Assembly: GCF_035084215.1 (NCBI RefSeq) | Contig: NC_090354.1 | Location: forward strand, 24,614,001-24,678,000 | Source: Heptranchias perlo | Taxonomy: Eukaryota | DNA: 64,000 bases | Reading direction: 5' to 3' | Position numbers and translations under genes: made by a program | Shown: piece by piece, positions 33,921-48,570 of the stretch | How the letters are laid out: each line of letters opens with the position of its first letter | How positions within the stretch are numbered: the stretch's first letter is position 1 | Notes under the pieces: generated by a model | Database searches by the model: none | What the model saw: the letters and a program-made list of their open reading frames with translations, nothing else | What the model was told of the DNA's origin: nothing

Positions 33921-36480
33921 TTATTCATCTATTTGGAGATAATGGGGGGAAAATTGGATAAGGGCCGTTTTTGGGTGCAAGTAGTGCGATGCGCTATTAC
34001 CCCACCCCCAATGACCCCTGAGCAGGCAGGACATAAGTTTCTGCCGGCCGGAGGACTCACCTGCAATCAACGTTCCATTCCGGGCCTTGGACCTGCAATC
34101 AATGCAATTTGCATTTTCCACGACTGGGGCGAGCTCAATCTCTGAAAGGGAGGATGTTTCTTCGAAATCTCTGAAAGTAGTTGGTATCTGTTATTTGCTG
34201 AAAATAACAGTCTGCTGTCTGCATGGAGTCTGAACAGAGTTCAGAGGTCGCACACATAAAATACAGGTGCAGGTCCCATCCTTATGTTTACACACTGTAA
34301 GTTATGTTAAAACATTGAATAAAAGTTGGGCACAACTAAATCCAACATCCTAAGATCTGCACTTCGGACCTCACCAATCTGCCAATCTGAGTTGGTACCA
34401 GGCCTGCAAGAATGCGTGCACCAAGGTTCTCTGCTGATGCACTAGAGACCTTGGTGCAAGGGGTGGACAGAAGGAGGGACATCCTATACAAGTGGGGGAG
34501 GGGGGGTGCAAGAAGCACTCCAGACATATATCCAAAGGCAGTGGGAGACAGTGGGGGACGAATTTAATACCAGGCACAAAACATCATGAACATGGATGCA
34601 GTGCAGGAAGAAGTTCAATGCTTTGACATGAGTGGTCAAGGTGAGTGAGGCCAACTGTCTAGTGGCATCCCCTACGAACTGCACCACGCACTACACCCCT
34701 CATCACCCACATACCTACAAACTCTTTCCATCTCTACTCAATACTTCCAATCAGATGCTTCCTCTCACCCTTAAACATTACCACTGTCGCAAGCCGCCCA
34801 CCCACAACTCACAGGCCACACACACTGGTAGCTATTCAACCATGACAGGCACATCAACCAGACATCCCGCTTTCTTGTAGGAGAAGGTAGCGCATACCAG
34901 GAGGCAGCAAGTGGGAGTGGCATTTAGCCCCTCAAGCCTGTTCCACCATTCAATGAGATCATGGTGGACCTGTGACCTAACTCCATGTACCTGCCTTAGC
35001 CTCATATACCTTCATACCCTTGGTTCACAAAAATCTATCAATATCAGCTTTAACATTCACAAGTGAGCTGGCATCAACTGCCGTTTGCAGAAGAGCGATC
35101 CAAACATCTCCCACCCTTTGCGTGTAGAAGCATTTCCTAACTTCACTCCTGCACACTCAGGCTCTAAATGTTAGGCTATGTCCCCGGATCCTAGTATTCA
35201 AGGCTAGGAGACCTCCAAAAACAGTTACAAATGTCTCGGCAGCAAGAAGCAATAATCCAGCCACTAACCTGTAAATCCTGCATAGTCCCTTTAAATAGCA
35301 ATCGAGGGGGGTCCTCCAGGCTTCAGCACGTCTGCCATTGGAAACAGTTTCTCCACATTTATTCCATAAGAACCGTTCATGATTCTGAACATCTATATTA
35401 TTCTTCTCTTAACCTTCTCTGCTCTAAGGACAACAACCCCAGCTTCTCTAGTCTCTCCATGTAACTGATGTCCCTCATCCCTGATACCATTCTAGTCAAT
35501 CACCACTGCACCCTCTCTAAGACCTTGACGTTCTTCTTAAGTATGGTGCCCAGAATTGGACATAATTCTCCAACTGAGGCCTAACCAGTGATTTATAAAG
35601 GTTCAGCATAACTTTCTTACTTTCATATCCATTCTAAAATTGAAGGCATTAAGTAGAAAAGGAAATTCCGAGATACCTAGTGGGGAGGGGATTTGGAGGA
35701 TCAGTCAGGGACGATAGAAGGGAAAATGAGACAATGAGTGGAAGGGACATCAGGCAATGAGTGGGGAGGGGAATCAGTGGAAAGTGGGAATGAAAATCAC
35801 TTGTGTGACATTTTATCCTACACATTTTGAAAATCTATAACTATAACTCTGACTACATTTCTTTATTTATATCTGTGACTTCCTTGAAAAAGTTAAATAA
35901 TTATCCAAACACAACCTGTCCATTACAGATTCATGATGACTGCCCCGAATGACCCCATGTCTTTTCAAGTATTCATAAATTTCTTCCCAGATTGTGGACT
36001 CCATAAATTGGCCTATAGCTGAGTTAAGAAGAAAGGGACTTACTATTTCATGCCACCCTCCAATCCTTTCATCTTTCAGCCACATTAACGTTTCATCCTC
36101 CGTGTGTGTTGCCCACCAGTGCTTTTCAGACTCCCTTTTACACTTCCTGATCCCCTTTTCGCCTCCCTTCTGAACTTTAAATAATTATTAAAACATTAGC
36201 CTATTTTATAGGCAATTACTACATTTCAGTTTTACTCTTAGCTCTCCCGATAACCATTGATCCCCAGCCTTAGAAGGTCAATCAAAAACTAAACGATTTG
36301 ATGAAAAGGTTTTCACCAAAACAGTATCTCTTTAAGTTGCTGTCATGTGATTGTTTAATTCAAGCCCAAATCACTCACTGCCGCTGTCCACAGGTGGTGC
36401 TGGTGGGATTCGGTCCCAGATTCACTCATGGAGAAGTTTTTGTTTGTAGTTACAGCTGAGAGTGATTTTATGATATTCCC

Positions 36481-37536
36481 GAGTAACCGGGGTATCCCGG
36501 ATATCCCAAACCTTTTCCCAGCTCCCCCTCACTCCCTCTCAGGGTGATCCGTTCTGTTTACAAACACTCCTCAATTTCGGAAATGACGAGACTCGTCACT
36601 TTCCCTGAGGCACTTTCGCTTTCGGTGAAATTGACACAAGGCTCATTTTCACAGACAAACTGACACGGACACTTTCCCGGGAGAGAGAAAAGAAAGAAAC
36701 GATGAAAGAAAAGGAGTCGGTTCTTCCTTCGGATTCAGAGTCCGAGCAGATTAAATATTCTTGGAGAACAAAATCTCAAGAAACCTCCAAAAAACAACCG
36801 AGAAATGAGGAACTTTTTCTACTTAAAGAGCAGAATCTCCGACAGGGGAATCGGACAGACAGCATCAGACCGTGACCCTGCACTGTGAGCCGGGCTCTCT
36901 GCAATGTCCAGCCCGCGAAGTGTGAACAGTAAAAGCACGATGTGAGCACACCGGGGAGAGAGTGGATTTAAAAGGGAATCGCTCTCCATGGAGCCGAATG
37001 TCAGCACTAAAAGCCGCGGCACCGGGATCACCGCTGTCGGTGTCACTATAACCCGGATTATAAAATACAGCCCCCAATACATGTCCGCACTCCCCCAATA
37101 CAGACTCTGCCCCCGACACCACTTCAGTGCTCCCTTGATTCGAATCCAGACAACATTGAGCTGGGACCGAGCGCTGGTTGTGATCTTCGATGGGGGATTT
37201 TCCAGTCGCTGGTTCACGAATCTCCAGCTTTTGGATTCCTCACCTCAGAAAGGAACCGCACAAATTATTGCTCTCCTGCGGCCAGATTTCACTTTTCGAA
37301 TGTAATCCAAACATTCCCAGTCTCTCCTCTTAAAGCCGACAGCATGGCAGTGAGAGCTCACAGCAGTATCCAGCCAAACACCCACAGGACTCGGCAGCTC
37401 AGGCAACCGCTCCGGGATCACAAGCGGCGACATTTCGACTTCCAGAGTTTCATTCAGAACCGTTTTCGGAGCTGAACCGCGATCCGCTCAGTTTCTCATC
37501 CTTCAAATCGGCGTTTTACCCATGGGTCGGTTGAAC
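36481..37536 (+). promoter_or_regulatory. IFN promoter, copy 3
   Basis: Same motifs at offset ~+29100. Confidence 0.75.
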
Positions 37537-40500
37537 ATGGATTTGGCGAGTGTTTGGAGATTTTGGATTGTGTGGGTCTTGTTTTCCGGGACCCTGAGTC
37601 TGGGCTGTGAGAGGCTGCAGTTACAGCAAGTTCTCAACAGAGAGACTCTGGGGAAACTGAATGAAATGGTGAGTTTAAACAGCATCAAAAGTCGGAACCG
37701 AACTATACAGGGTCTGTTTGTTATGAAAAGTTATATCAGGAGAAATAGTTTGGGGTTTTGTAACTTTGTCCAATTAATATCAACTGAGTCTTCAGTATGA
37801 ATTTGACGTCTTTATGGTTAGAGTGACTCTACTGTTACACTCGGTACACTCATTGATAGTGTCCTACAGCAAGAGTTCCCTGAAACCTGGAGGGGTAATT
37901 AGACCCCTGGTTGGAACAGAGGAATTAGACCTTGAGGCGACAGGGAGAATCGGGTAAAGAAGAGATGGGAATCAGGGGCTGAGTGGAGAGGGAACGTGAT
38001 CCTGATGGAAGACGTGGAATCAGACCATGAGGGGAGAAGGGAACTGAAAAACTGATGAGGTGGGTAATCTTATATTGAGGGGAGTTTGAGTCAGATTCTA
38101 TAGGTAGAACAGATAAGATATGGAGTGGAGAAAGGAAGTGAATGACTGAAGGGGGGGGTAATCTTATATTGAGGGGAGGTTGAGTCAGATTCTATCGGTA
38201 GAACAGATAAGATATGGAGTGGAGAAAGGAAGTGAATGACTGAAGGGGGGGGGGTAATCTTATATTGAGGGGGGAGATTGAATCAGACCCCGGGGGAGTT
38301 GAATCAGATTCTAAGTGAAGGAGGGAATCAGATCTGAGGAGAACGAAAACCGAACAGTGAGGAGTGGGGTACCCTGATATTAAGGAGGGAATCAGATCTG
38401 AGGAGAGAATGGGAACTAGATACTGAGGAGACGGGAAGTCATGAATTGAGGAAAGAGAGGGAATCAGATATTGAGGGGTGGGAGAAATCGAGATTGAGGG
38501 GAATCAGATATTAAGGGAAGAGGAGAATGATGGTTTGAGTGGGAAACAGAAATGGTGGAGATGAGACCAAATGGAGAGTGGGAGAATCAGATACAGAGGA
38601 GAGGGGAAATCAGGCCCTGGTGGCGGGGGGGGGGGGGGCATCCTGATATATAGAGGGGGGAATCAGAGACTGAGGGTAGAGGGAAACCAATATTGTCTGG
38701 AAAGGGAGAATCTGATGTTGAGGGAAGGGAGCAATCAGACCCCGAGGGTAGAAAGGAAATGAAACACTGAAACACTGAGAGGGGTAATTATATTGCGGGA
38801 GGGTGAATCAGACTCGGCGGGGGTGGGGGTGGGAGAACAGAAGAGACACTGAGGGGAGAGGGGGACACCCACAGTACTCGGCAGCTCCGGCGGTCGCTCA
38901 GTTTCTGATCCTTCAGATCGGCTCTTTACCCTGGGTCGTTTGAGCATGGTTTTGGCGAGTATTTGGAGATGTTGCATTGTGTGGGTCTTGTCCTGGACCT
39001 TGAGTCTGGTCTGCGAGAGGCTGCAGTTACCGCAAGTTCGAAACACACAGAATCTCAAGAAACTGAATGAAATGATGTGTTTAAACAACACCCAGAGCCG
39101 GATTCGAAACACATAAGGCCGGTTTGTTGTAAAAACTCATATCAGGAGAAATAGTTTGGCGTTTTATAACTTTATTCAATTAAAAGTCACTGATTCTCCT
39201 GTATTTCTCTCTCTGGGCTGTCTGTGACGGTGATGATCTTCTGTTTCAGGGCGGTCCCTTTCCCCGTCAGTGTGTGAACGAGAGGCTCTCGCTGAAAACC
39301 AAGTCCTTGAACCTGGTGAAACTTTCAGGGGGTTTACAGGTGAGCGAACACTGGATATTATTTTATATTATTCAAGCAAGAGTTTGCTGGAAACTATGAG
39401 TAAGATCAACAACCTCATCAGAACCTTAATCAGGAAATTCAAACCACGTGTTGGCCGCCCATTGATGTGAAAATGGCAGAAATATTCACTCGCTCCAGCT
39501 CACTCTCTCTATCTCACTCCCTCTAATTATCTTACTCCGTCTAACCTCCTCAATCCATCCAACCATCTCACTCCTAATAATTCCATTTCCTTTAACTATC
39601 TGACTCCCTGTATTCATCTCACTCCCTCTAACCATCTCACTCCTAAACTGCGATGATTGGCTATGTGGTATGCATCATCACGGGCAGGTTAAATCATAGA
39701 TTCATAGAATGATCCAGCACAGAAGAAGGCCATTTTGCCCATCGTGCCTGTGTCAGGTCTTTGAAAGAGCAATCCAATTAGTCCCACTCTCCTGCCCATT
39801 CCCCACAGCCCTGAAAAAAATGCCCCTTCAATTGATACAGTTCCCTTTTGAAAGTTATCATTGAATCTGCTTCCACCACCCTTTCAGGCAGTGCATTCCA
39901 GATCATAACAACTCGCTTCATAAAAACATTTCTTATCATCTCGCATCTGGTTCATTTGCCAATTGCCTTTAATCTGTGCCCTTTAGTTACTGACCCATCT
40001 GCCACTGGAAACAGTTTCTCCTTATTTACTCTATCAAAACCCTTTCAACACCTCTATTAAAACTTACCTTAACCATCTCTGCTCAAGAGAACAACTCCCG
40101 ATCTTCTAGTCACTCTACATACCTGAAGTCCCTCATCCCTGGTACCATTCTAGTCAATCTCTGCTGCACCATCTCTAAGGTTTTGGCATCCTTCCTAAAG
40201 AGTGGTGCCCAGAATTGGACACAATATTACAGCTGGGGCTGAAACATTGATTTATAAAGGTAAAACACATTGTCCTTGCTTTTGTACTCTATGCATCTGT
40301 TTTTAAAGCTAAGGATCCTGTAAACTTTTTTAACAGTCTTCTCAACTTGTCCTGCCATCTCAAAGATTTGAGTACGTAAACCCCCAGGCCTCTCTGTTCC
40401 CGTCCCCCTTCAAAATTGTAACATTTAATTTATATTGCCTCTCCTCATTCATCCTACCAAACTGCATCACTTCACACTTCTCTGTGTTAAATTTCATCTG

Positions 40501-42676
40501 CCATGTGTCTGCCCATTTCACCAGTTTGTCTATGTTGTCCTGAAGTCTGTTACTATCCTCCTCACTGTTTCCTACAGTCTTGAGTTTCATGTCATCTGTA
40601 CACTTTGAAATTATGCACTATATACGCAAGTCCAGGACATTAAAATATATCAATAAGAGCAGCGGTCCTAACACTGACTCCTGGGGAACACCACTTTACA
40701 CTTCCATCCAGTCGGAAAAACAACCGTTCACCACTGCTCTCTTCTTTCTGTACCTTAGCCAATTTTACATTCATGCTGCAACTACCCCCTTAATCCCATG
40801 AGCTTCAGTTTTGTTAACAAGTCGACTATGTGATACTTTATCAAATGCCTTTTTAAAGTCCATATACACAACATCAACCACACGACCCTCATCAACTCTC
40901 TCTTACTTCATCAAAGAACTCAATCAGGTTACTTAAACACAATTTGCCTTTAATAAATCCATGCTGCCTGTCATTTATTAACCGATTTTTTTCCAAGTGA
41001 CAATTAATTTTGTCTAACTTTATTGTCTCTAAAAGTTGCCCCATCACCATTGTTAGGCTGACTGGCCTGTTGTTGCCGGGTTTATCCCTCTCCCCCTTTT
41101 TTGTAACATTTGCAATCCTCCAGTCCTCTGGCATTGCTCCCATATCTAAGGAGGATTGGAAGATTGTGGCTGGAGCCTCCGTTATCTCCAACCTTACTTC
41201 CCTCAGCAACCTAGAATGCATCCCATCTGGACCGGGTGACTTCTCTATTTTAAAAGCTGCTTATCTTTTAAGTACCTCCTTTTAATCTATTTTTATCCTA
41301 TCCAATTTCTCTACTCCTTCCTCCTTTACTTTGATATTGGCAGCATCCCCTTCTTTTTTGAAGAACGATGCAAAGTACTCGTTCAGTCCATCAGCCATTC
41401 CCTCTGCCACCACAAGATCTCCTTTTTTGGTCCCTGATCAGTTCCACCATTCTATTAACTACCCTTTTACTATTTATTTGCTTATGAAAGACTTTTATGT
41501 TACCCATTAATCTGTTCCAATATACTCTCTTTGCCCCCCTTTTTTTCCTTTTTCAGTCCTCCCCTGTACTCTGTATTCAGCTTGGTTCTCCACTTTATTA
41601 TCAGCCTGGTAGTTATAATAAGCCTCCTTTTTTTGTTTAAGTTTTATCTCCATATCTTTAGCCATCCAGGGACCTCAAGCTTTGGATGCCCTTCCTTTCC
41701 CCCAAATGGGAATGTGTCGAGTCTGTATCCAAACTATCTCCTCTTTGAAGGCTCCGATTGATCATTTACTGTTTTACCTGCCAATCTTTAAATCCAATCC
41801 ACCTGGGCCAGATCCCCTTTCAACTCACTGAAATTAGTTCTCCTGCAGTTGAGTATTTTCATGTTTCATTGTTCCGTGTCCTTGTCCATAACCGCTCTAA
41901 ATGGTTTGACATTCTTCTGTCTATTCGACAGAAGGATTAGTCTGCTAAAATAAAGGGGTTAAATTAGCCCACAGCGGAATGTGGTAGGAACCAGTTATGT
42001 ATTAACCCAGTAATATTGCCAACATCAATCCATGTGCCGTAGCTTAAATTTTTGAAAAAGAAAAAACATCTCTAGGTTGTGGTTTTAAATTCAGACACTT
42101 TACACATTTACACCATCATTAAAATGGGAAATAGCTGAGCTGCGGTGATGGGCTGTTAGGTTTGCCCAATATCGGGCCGGTGAAATAGGAACAGACCCCC
42201 TCTAATGTCCTTGTGTGTATTTTGCTCAGACCCAGGACAGGATCCAGATTGTCCATCAGACACTGCGTCACTTCATCAAGATCTACAGCATGAACCTGGA
42301 CTCGGTCACATGGCCCCAGGACAAGGTGGAAAACTTCCGGCTTCTCCTGGATCGGCAGCTCGAAGAGCTGGAGGAATGTGTCAAGAAACCGGGCTCAGAG
42401 TCCAGGCCCAGGAGAAACGCCGCCATTCACAGATACTTCAGGAAACTGAGAAAATTTCTCAAACAGAAGGTGGGACAATTGATATTTGACTGTTTGGTTA
42501 CTGACAGATAGTTCATTTCACCCAATTTAAATCTGTTCATTCTCTAATGTATTTTCCTGAATATTTCTCTTTTTCAGAGATTCAGTGTCTGCGCCTGGGA
42601 AATAATCCGCGCTGAGACCAGGGCCCGTTTACAACAGATCCTTTTCATAACGGCACAAATCAGAAGAAGAAACTGA
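37537..42676 (+). CDS. IFN: Type I interferon copy 3, 186 aa: join(37537..37668,39250..39339,42230..42469,42578..42676)
   Basis: Same splice sites and frame; variants ETLG, CVNER, TQDR, IHRY. Confidence 0.95.
38946..39074 (+). pseudogene. Duplicated IFN exon 1b, unit 3
   Basis: As unit 1; donor replaced by ATGTGT; the read-through frame hits an early TAA (CAA>TAA). Confidence 0.85.
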
Positions 42677-44687
42677 AGACTTTCCAAAGACATGTTTAAT
42701 AGAGACTGGCAACAATTAATATTTATTTAAAAGACCATCTATTTATTAAAAAAAATTATATTTTAAAAGATGTTACCTTGTGTTGCTGTAAACAAGCGAT
42801 TTGCAGCTAGGTGACTGATGAAGAAGAAGGAATGTTTTGATATTTTTCTATATTTGTTTATTTATTTTAATTTATTGATATTTATTGGTGTAATATTTAT
42901 CTTGATGAAATGTTAAAGGTTTGACTACAATAAAATTATACACTTTTTACACAATGTGTAAAGACAAAAATGAGAAGAGTAAACATGAAGATTTTCCAAT
43001 GACTTGTTTAATTCAGACTAAGAATGATGATACTTTATGTTAAAGGCACTGAATTTCTAAAATATATTTTATGTAATGAAAAGTATTATTAATTTTACAA
43101 TGTTGTCAACTTAGCTCAGTGGTAACACTCTGAGTCAGAAGGTTGTTGGTTCCAGCCCCATTCCATAGGGAAACTGTTCCATTGCCATTCAGCTTTGTGA
43201 GGCTCCTTATTCCAGTTGCTGATCTTCCAGTGACAACTCTCTGCACTGGATTGCCCTGCCAATACCCAGCTCGGTCACTGGATTACAGAGTGAAGTCAGG
43301 ATTTCAAAGGTTGGGCTCCAGACTGATGCCCCCTGACCTTAACCCTGACCCGCTCTGACCTTTTAGTTTCTGCTCTCCCAGCGGCCAGCACTTCAACTCA
43401 TCTCAGGGTCATCTTAATTTATTGATATTTATCATCGTGATCTCTTCAACTAATGAAATGTTACAGTTTTATACAATGCGTAATGTGAGTTCAAAAAGAA
43501 ATATTAATTTATTGATATTTATTAAGAGTTGGGGAATAGACAATGTTTTTCTAAACTGAAAACTTTTTATACTGAATGAAAACGTGTGTGAAAATAAATT
43601 GTTTTAATGATAACACTTTTACTGGAGTGATATTCATTTCCCATTTGTATCTGTCAGTTTCTCATTATAAATGCTCTGGATTCTCCTCCCTGCTGCCTGT
43701 TACCGTGACTCCCTCTCCTCTATTATCTTCTCTCCACTGTCTGATTGTTCCTCCCCGATCAAAGCATGTCAACCCCATTTGAACCCAATTTACCATAAGG
43801 ACATAAGAAATTAGAACATAAGAAATAGAAGCTGGAGTAGACCATACAGCCCCTCGAGCATGCTCCGCCATTCAGTATGGCTGATCTTTGACATCAACTC
43901 CATTTTCCCGCCCGATCCACATATCACTTTACTCCCTTGAGTCCAAAAATCTATCTATCTCAGCCGTGAATATACACATCCTCTGCCCTCTGGGTTCGAG
44001 AATTCCAAAGATTCACAACCTTCCAAGTGAAGAAATTCCTCCTCATCTCAGTCCCAAATGCCCGACCCCTTCATCTGCAACTATGCCCCGTCCTTCTAGA
44101 CTCTCCAGCAAGGGGAAAGAACCTCTCAGCACCTACCCTGTCAAGCCCCCTCAGAATCTTATGTGCTTCAATGAGAGCACCTCTCATTCTTCTAAAATCC
44201 AGAGATTACAGCCAGCCAACCTGAAAATGACCCATTTATACCTACTCTCTGTTTTCTGTCCGTTCATCAATCATCCATGCTTACTAATATATTACCCCCA
44301 ACCCTATGAACCCTTATCTTACGTAACAACCTTTTAGGTGGCACCTTATCGAATGCCTTTTGAAAATACAAATATATTACATCCACTGATTCCACTCTAT
44401 CTCCTAGATACTACCACAGTTTTTCTTTTCAGCTATTCAACCCAATATTCCCTATTCTCCCTCTAAATGAGAGATGATCGAGCCTGAGGTGTTGAGCAGG
44501 AAAGGGGGAATTGATTCATAGAAGCATACAATCATAGAATCATACAGTACAATAGAGGCAATTCAGCCCACCATGCCTGTGCCAGCCCTTTGGTAGAGAT
44601 ATCCAATTCGTCCCATGCTCCAGCCCTTTCCCCATCGCCCTGAAAATGTTATTACCTTAAATCTGGGACCTCTGATTACCGACTCTT

Positions 44688-47600
44688 AGAATCATATAGA
44701 ATGGTTACAGCACAGAAGGATGCCATTCGGCCCATCGAACCAGTGCTGGCTCTTTGTAAGAGCAATCCAGTTGGTCACATTCCCCCACTCTTTCCCCATA
44801 GCCCTGCAAATTTTTCCCTTCAAGTATTTATACAATTCCTTTTTGAAAGCTATGATTGAATCCACTTCCACCACACTTTTCGGCAGCGCATTCCAGATCA
44901 TAACAACTCGCTGCATAAAAATAGCTTTCCTCATGTCACCTTTGGTTCTTTTGCCAATCACCTGAATCTGTATCCTTTGATTCTCGACCCTTCTGCCAAT
45001 CGGAACTGTTTCTTTTTATTTACTTTATCTAAACCCTTCATGATTTTGAATGTTTCAATCAAATATCTGCTCCAAGGGGAACAACTACAGCTTCTCCAGT
45101 CTATCCAGGTAACTGAAGTCACTCCTCTCTGAAACCATTCTAGTAAATCTTTCTGCACGCTCTCTAAGGCCTTCACATCCTTCCTAAAGTGCGGTGGCCA
45201 GAATTGGACACAATACTCCAGTTGTGGCTGAAACAGTGTTTCATAAATGTTCAACATAACTTCCTTGCATTTGTACTCTATGACTCTATTTTTAAAGTTC
45301 AGGATCCCACTTGCCTTTTAAACCACTTTCTCAAGCTGTCCTGCCACCTTCAAAGATTTCTGCACATATACCTCCAGGTCTCTATATTCTTGCTCCTCTT
45401 TTAGAATTGTACCGTTTAGTTTATTTTGCCTCTCCTCATCTTTCTTGCCAAAATGCATCACTTTGCACTTCTCTGCACTAAATTTCTTCTGCCATGTCTT
45501 CGCCCATTCCACCAGTCTGTCTATGTCCTTTTGAATTCTATTATTATCCTCCTCCCTATTTCCCACACTACCAAGTTTTGTGCCATCTGCAAATTTTGAA
45601 ATTGGGCCCTGTACACCTAAGTCCAAGTCATTAATATATATCAAAAAAGCAGTGGACATAATACCGACCCCAGGGGAACACCACTGTATACCTTCCACCA
45701 GTCCAAAAAACAACAGTTCACCACTACTCTCTGTGTCCTGTCACTTGGCCAATTTCGTATACATGCTGCTGCTGCTCCTTTTATTCCATGGGCTTCAGTT
45801 TTGCTGACAAGCCTATTATGTGGCACTTTATCAAGTGCCTTTTGAAAGTCCATATACACAACATCAATCGCATTGCCCTCGTCAACCCTCACCAGCCTTT
45901 CTAGTAGCTCCTCTTTATCAATTTTTAGCCCATCCAGTATCGCAACTACCTCCTCTCCTACTGTGACTTTGGCAGCATCTGCTTCCTTGGTAAAGACAAA
46001 TGCAAGGATCTCATTTAGAACGTGGCCATGCCCTCTGCCTCCATGTGTAGATCTCATTTTTGGTCCCTAATTGACTCCATCCCTCATCTTATTACCCGTT
46101 TACTATTTATATGCCTATAGAAGATTTTGAATTCCCTTTTATGTTAGCCGCTAGTCTGTTCTCATACTCTCTCTTTGCCCCTCTTATTTCCTTTTTCACT
46201 TCTCCTCTGTACTTTCTATATTCCACCTGGTTCTCTCTTGTATTATCAACCTGACATCTGTCATACTGTCTATTTCTGTTTCATCTTACTCTACCTCTTC
46301 TGTCACGCAGGGAGCTCTGGCTTTGGTTTCCCTACCTTTCCCCCTCGTGGGAATGTACCAAGACTGTACCCGAACCATCTCCTCTTTAAAAGTCGCCCAT
46401 TGTTCGATTACAGTTTTGCCTGCCAATCTTTGATTCCAATTTATCCGTCCAGATCCGTTCTCAACCCACAGAAATTGGCCCTCCTCCAGTTAAGTATTTT
46501 TAATCCAGATTGCTCCTTCTCCTTTTCCAAAACTAATCTAAACCTTATGATCATTGTTCCCTAGATGATCCCCCACTAAAATTTACTCTACTTGACCCAC
46601 TTCATTCCCTAGAACTAGATCCAGCAATGCCTCCTTCCTCGTTGGCCAGAAATATACTGATCAAGAAAGTTCTTCTAAACACACTTAAGAAATTCCATCC
46701 CCTCTTTGCCATTTAAACTATTACTATCCCACACTATATTAGGATGTTTGAAGTCCCCCATTGTCACTACTCTATAGTTCTTCCACCTCTCTGTAATTTC
46801 CCTGCAAATTTCCTCCTCTATATCATTCACACTAGTTGGCGGCCTAAAGAATACACCCAGTAGTGTAATGGCACCTCTATTGTTTATATCTCTAACCAAA
46901 TAGATTCTGTCCTTGACCCCCTCAAGGACATCCTTTTTCTCCAGCACTGCAATATTCTCCTTAATCATACTGCCACCAATCCCCCACCCCACCTCCTTTT
47001 CTTACTTCAGATCTTTCCTGAACACCGTGTATCCAGGAATATTTAATACCCAATCCTGCCCTTTTTTGAGCCAGGTCTCCATTATCGCCACTACATCATA
47101 TTCCCATGTGACTATTTGCACCTGCAGCTCACCAACCTTATTTACCAGGCTTCGTGCCTTCACACACACACACACACTCTCAACCTATCTTAGACCTTCT
47201 CATCTTATCTCTTATACCGATCCCACCTAACACTGTACTATTTCTTACTCTAGTTCTATCTGTCTCTCACATTCCTTTGTGCACTTTGTTTCTCCTTTCT
47301 AATGCTTCTTGCTGGTGACCATCACCTTGCAAAATTAGTTTAAACCCTCCCCCACAGCACTGGTGACCCACCCCATGTGGACATTGGTCCCAGGTCTATT
47401 GAGGTGCAATCTGTTCATCTTGAACAGTTCCCTCCTGCCCCAGAACTGGTCCTGATGCCCCAAGAATCTGAAGCCCTCCCTCTTGCACCATATCTCTAGT
47501 CATGCATAAACTTGCCTTATCTTCCTCTTTCTGTATTCACTGGCGCATGGCACTGGGAGTAATCCAGAGATTACTACCTTTGAGGTCCTGCTTTTTAACT

Positions 47601-48570
47601 TCCTCCCTTGATCCTGAAACTCTGACCGCAGGACCTCATCCCCTTTCTTTCCTTTGTTGTTGGAACCCACACACGGACCACGACTTCTGGCTGTTTCTAT
47701 TCCCCCCACAGAATCTTCTGCACCCTCTCCATGATGTCCTTCCTGGTACCAGGGAGGCAACACAACATGTGGGACTCACATCGGCGATCACAGAAACGAC
47801 CGTCTGTCCCTTTGACTATCGAATCCCCGATGACGACTGCAGTTCTACACTTCACTCTGCCCCACTGTGCAATCCTTTGCCCCATGGTGCCACGCTCAGG
47901 ACTGCACTCCTTTGAGGTGTAGTCACCCTCACTGGTATTCAATGCTGAATTGAATACCAGTGAGAGTGCCACACACCCAGAAGATTCTTGCACTGCCTGC
48001 CTCTTCCTATCAGTTCGGTCGGCCACCCACTTGCTATCCTGAACTCTCTGTACCTGCAGAGTGACCACCTGCTGCAATGTACGATCCATGAAACCTTCAG
48101 CCTTCCTTATGCTCTGCAGTGACTCCAGCTGCCCCTCAATCTCAGAAACCCTCAGCTTAAGCTCGAGAAACTAGAGGCATTTCCTGCACGTGTGGCCCTC
48201 AAGGATACATGAAGCATCCTGAAACTCCAACACGGCACAGGGATTGCAGGCAATGAGTCTCAACTGTCATTCCATTATATTTAGAAAGCTTCTTTTTGCA
48301 AACTCCCTTTGGATACTTGCTTATTGTTAATTTACTTATTGTTTACTTATCCCAATTAACCTACCCTTAATCCGGGGTCACTCAGAGCTCGTCCTCTCTG
48401 TTCACTGTGGCGTCACTGTGATGTCACTCCCTCTGTTCTTCATGAATGGGAAAGGGTTCCTCCCCTGGTGCTCAGCACCGCTTATCACAACTCTGCTCCG
48501 CTCCTGCTTTTGCACTGATACCTGGGGCTCCTCCTATGGTGCTCAGCACCTCTTCTTTTGACTGAGTTAT
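44688..48570 (-). mobile_element. Near full-length decayed CR1, unit 3
   Basis: Duplicate of 15445-19320. Confidence 0.88.

Larger units (their letters stand above)
21744..36344 (+). repeat. Tandem duplication unit 2 (14601 bp)
   Basis: Colinear near-identical copy of unit 1. Confidence 0.95.
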
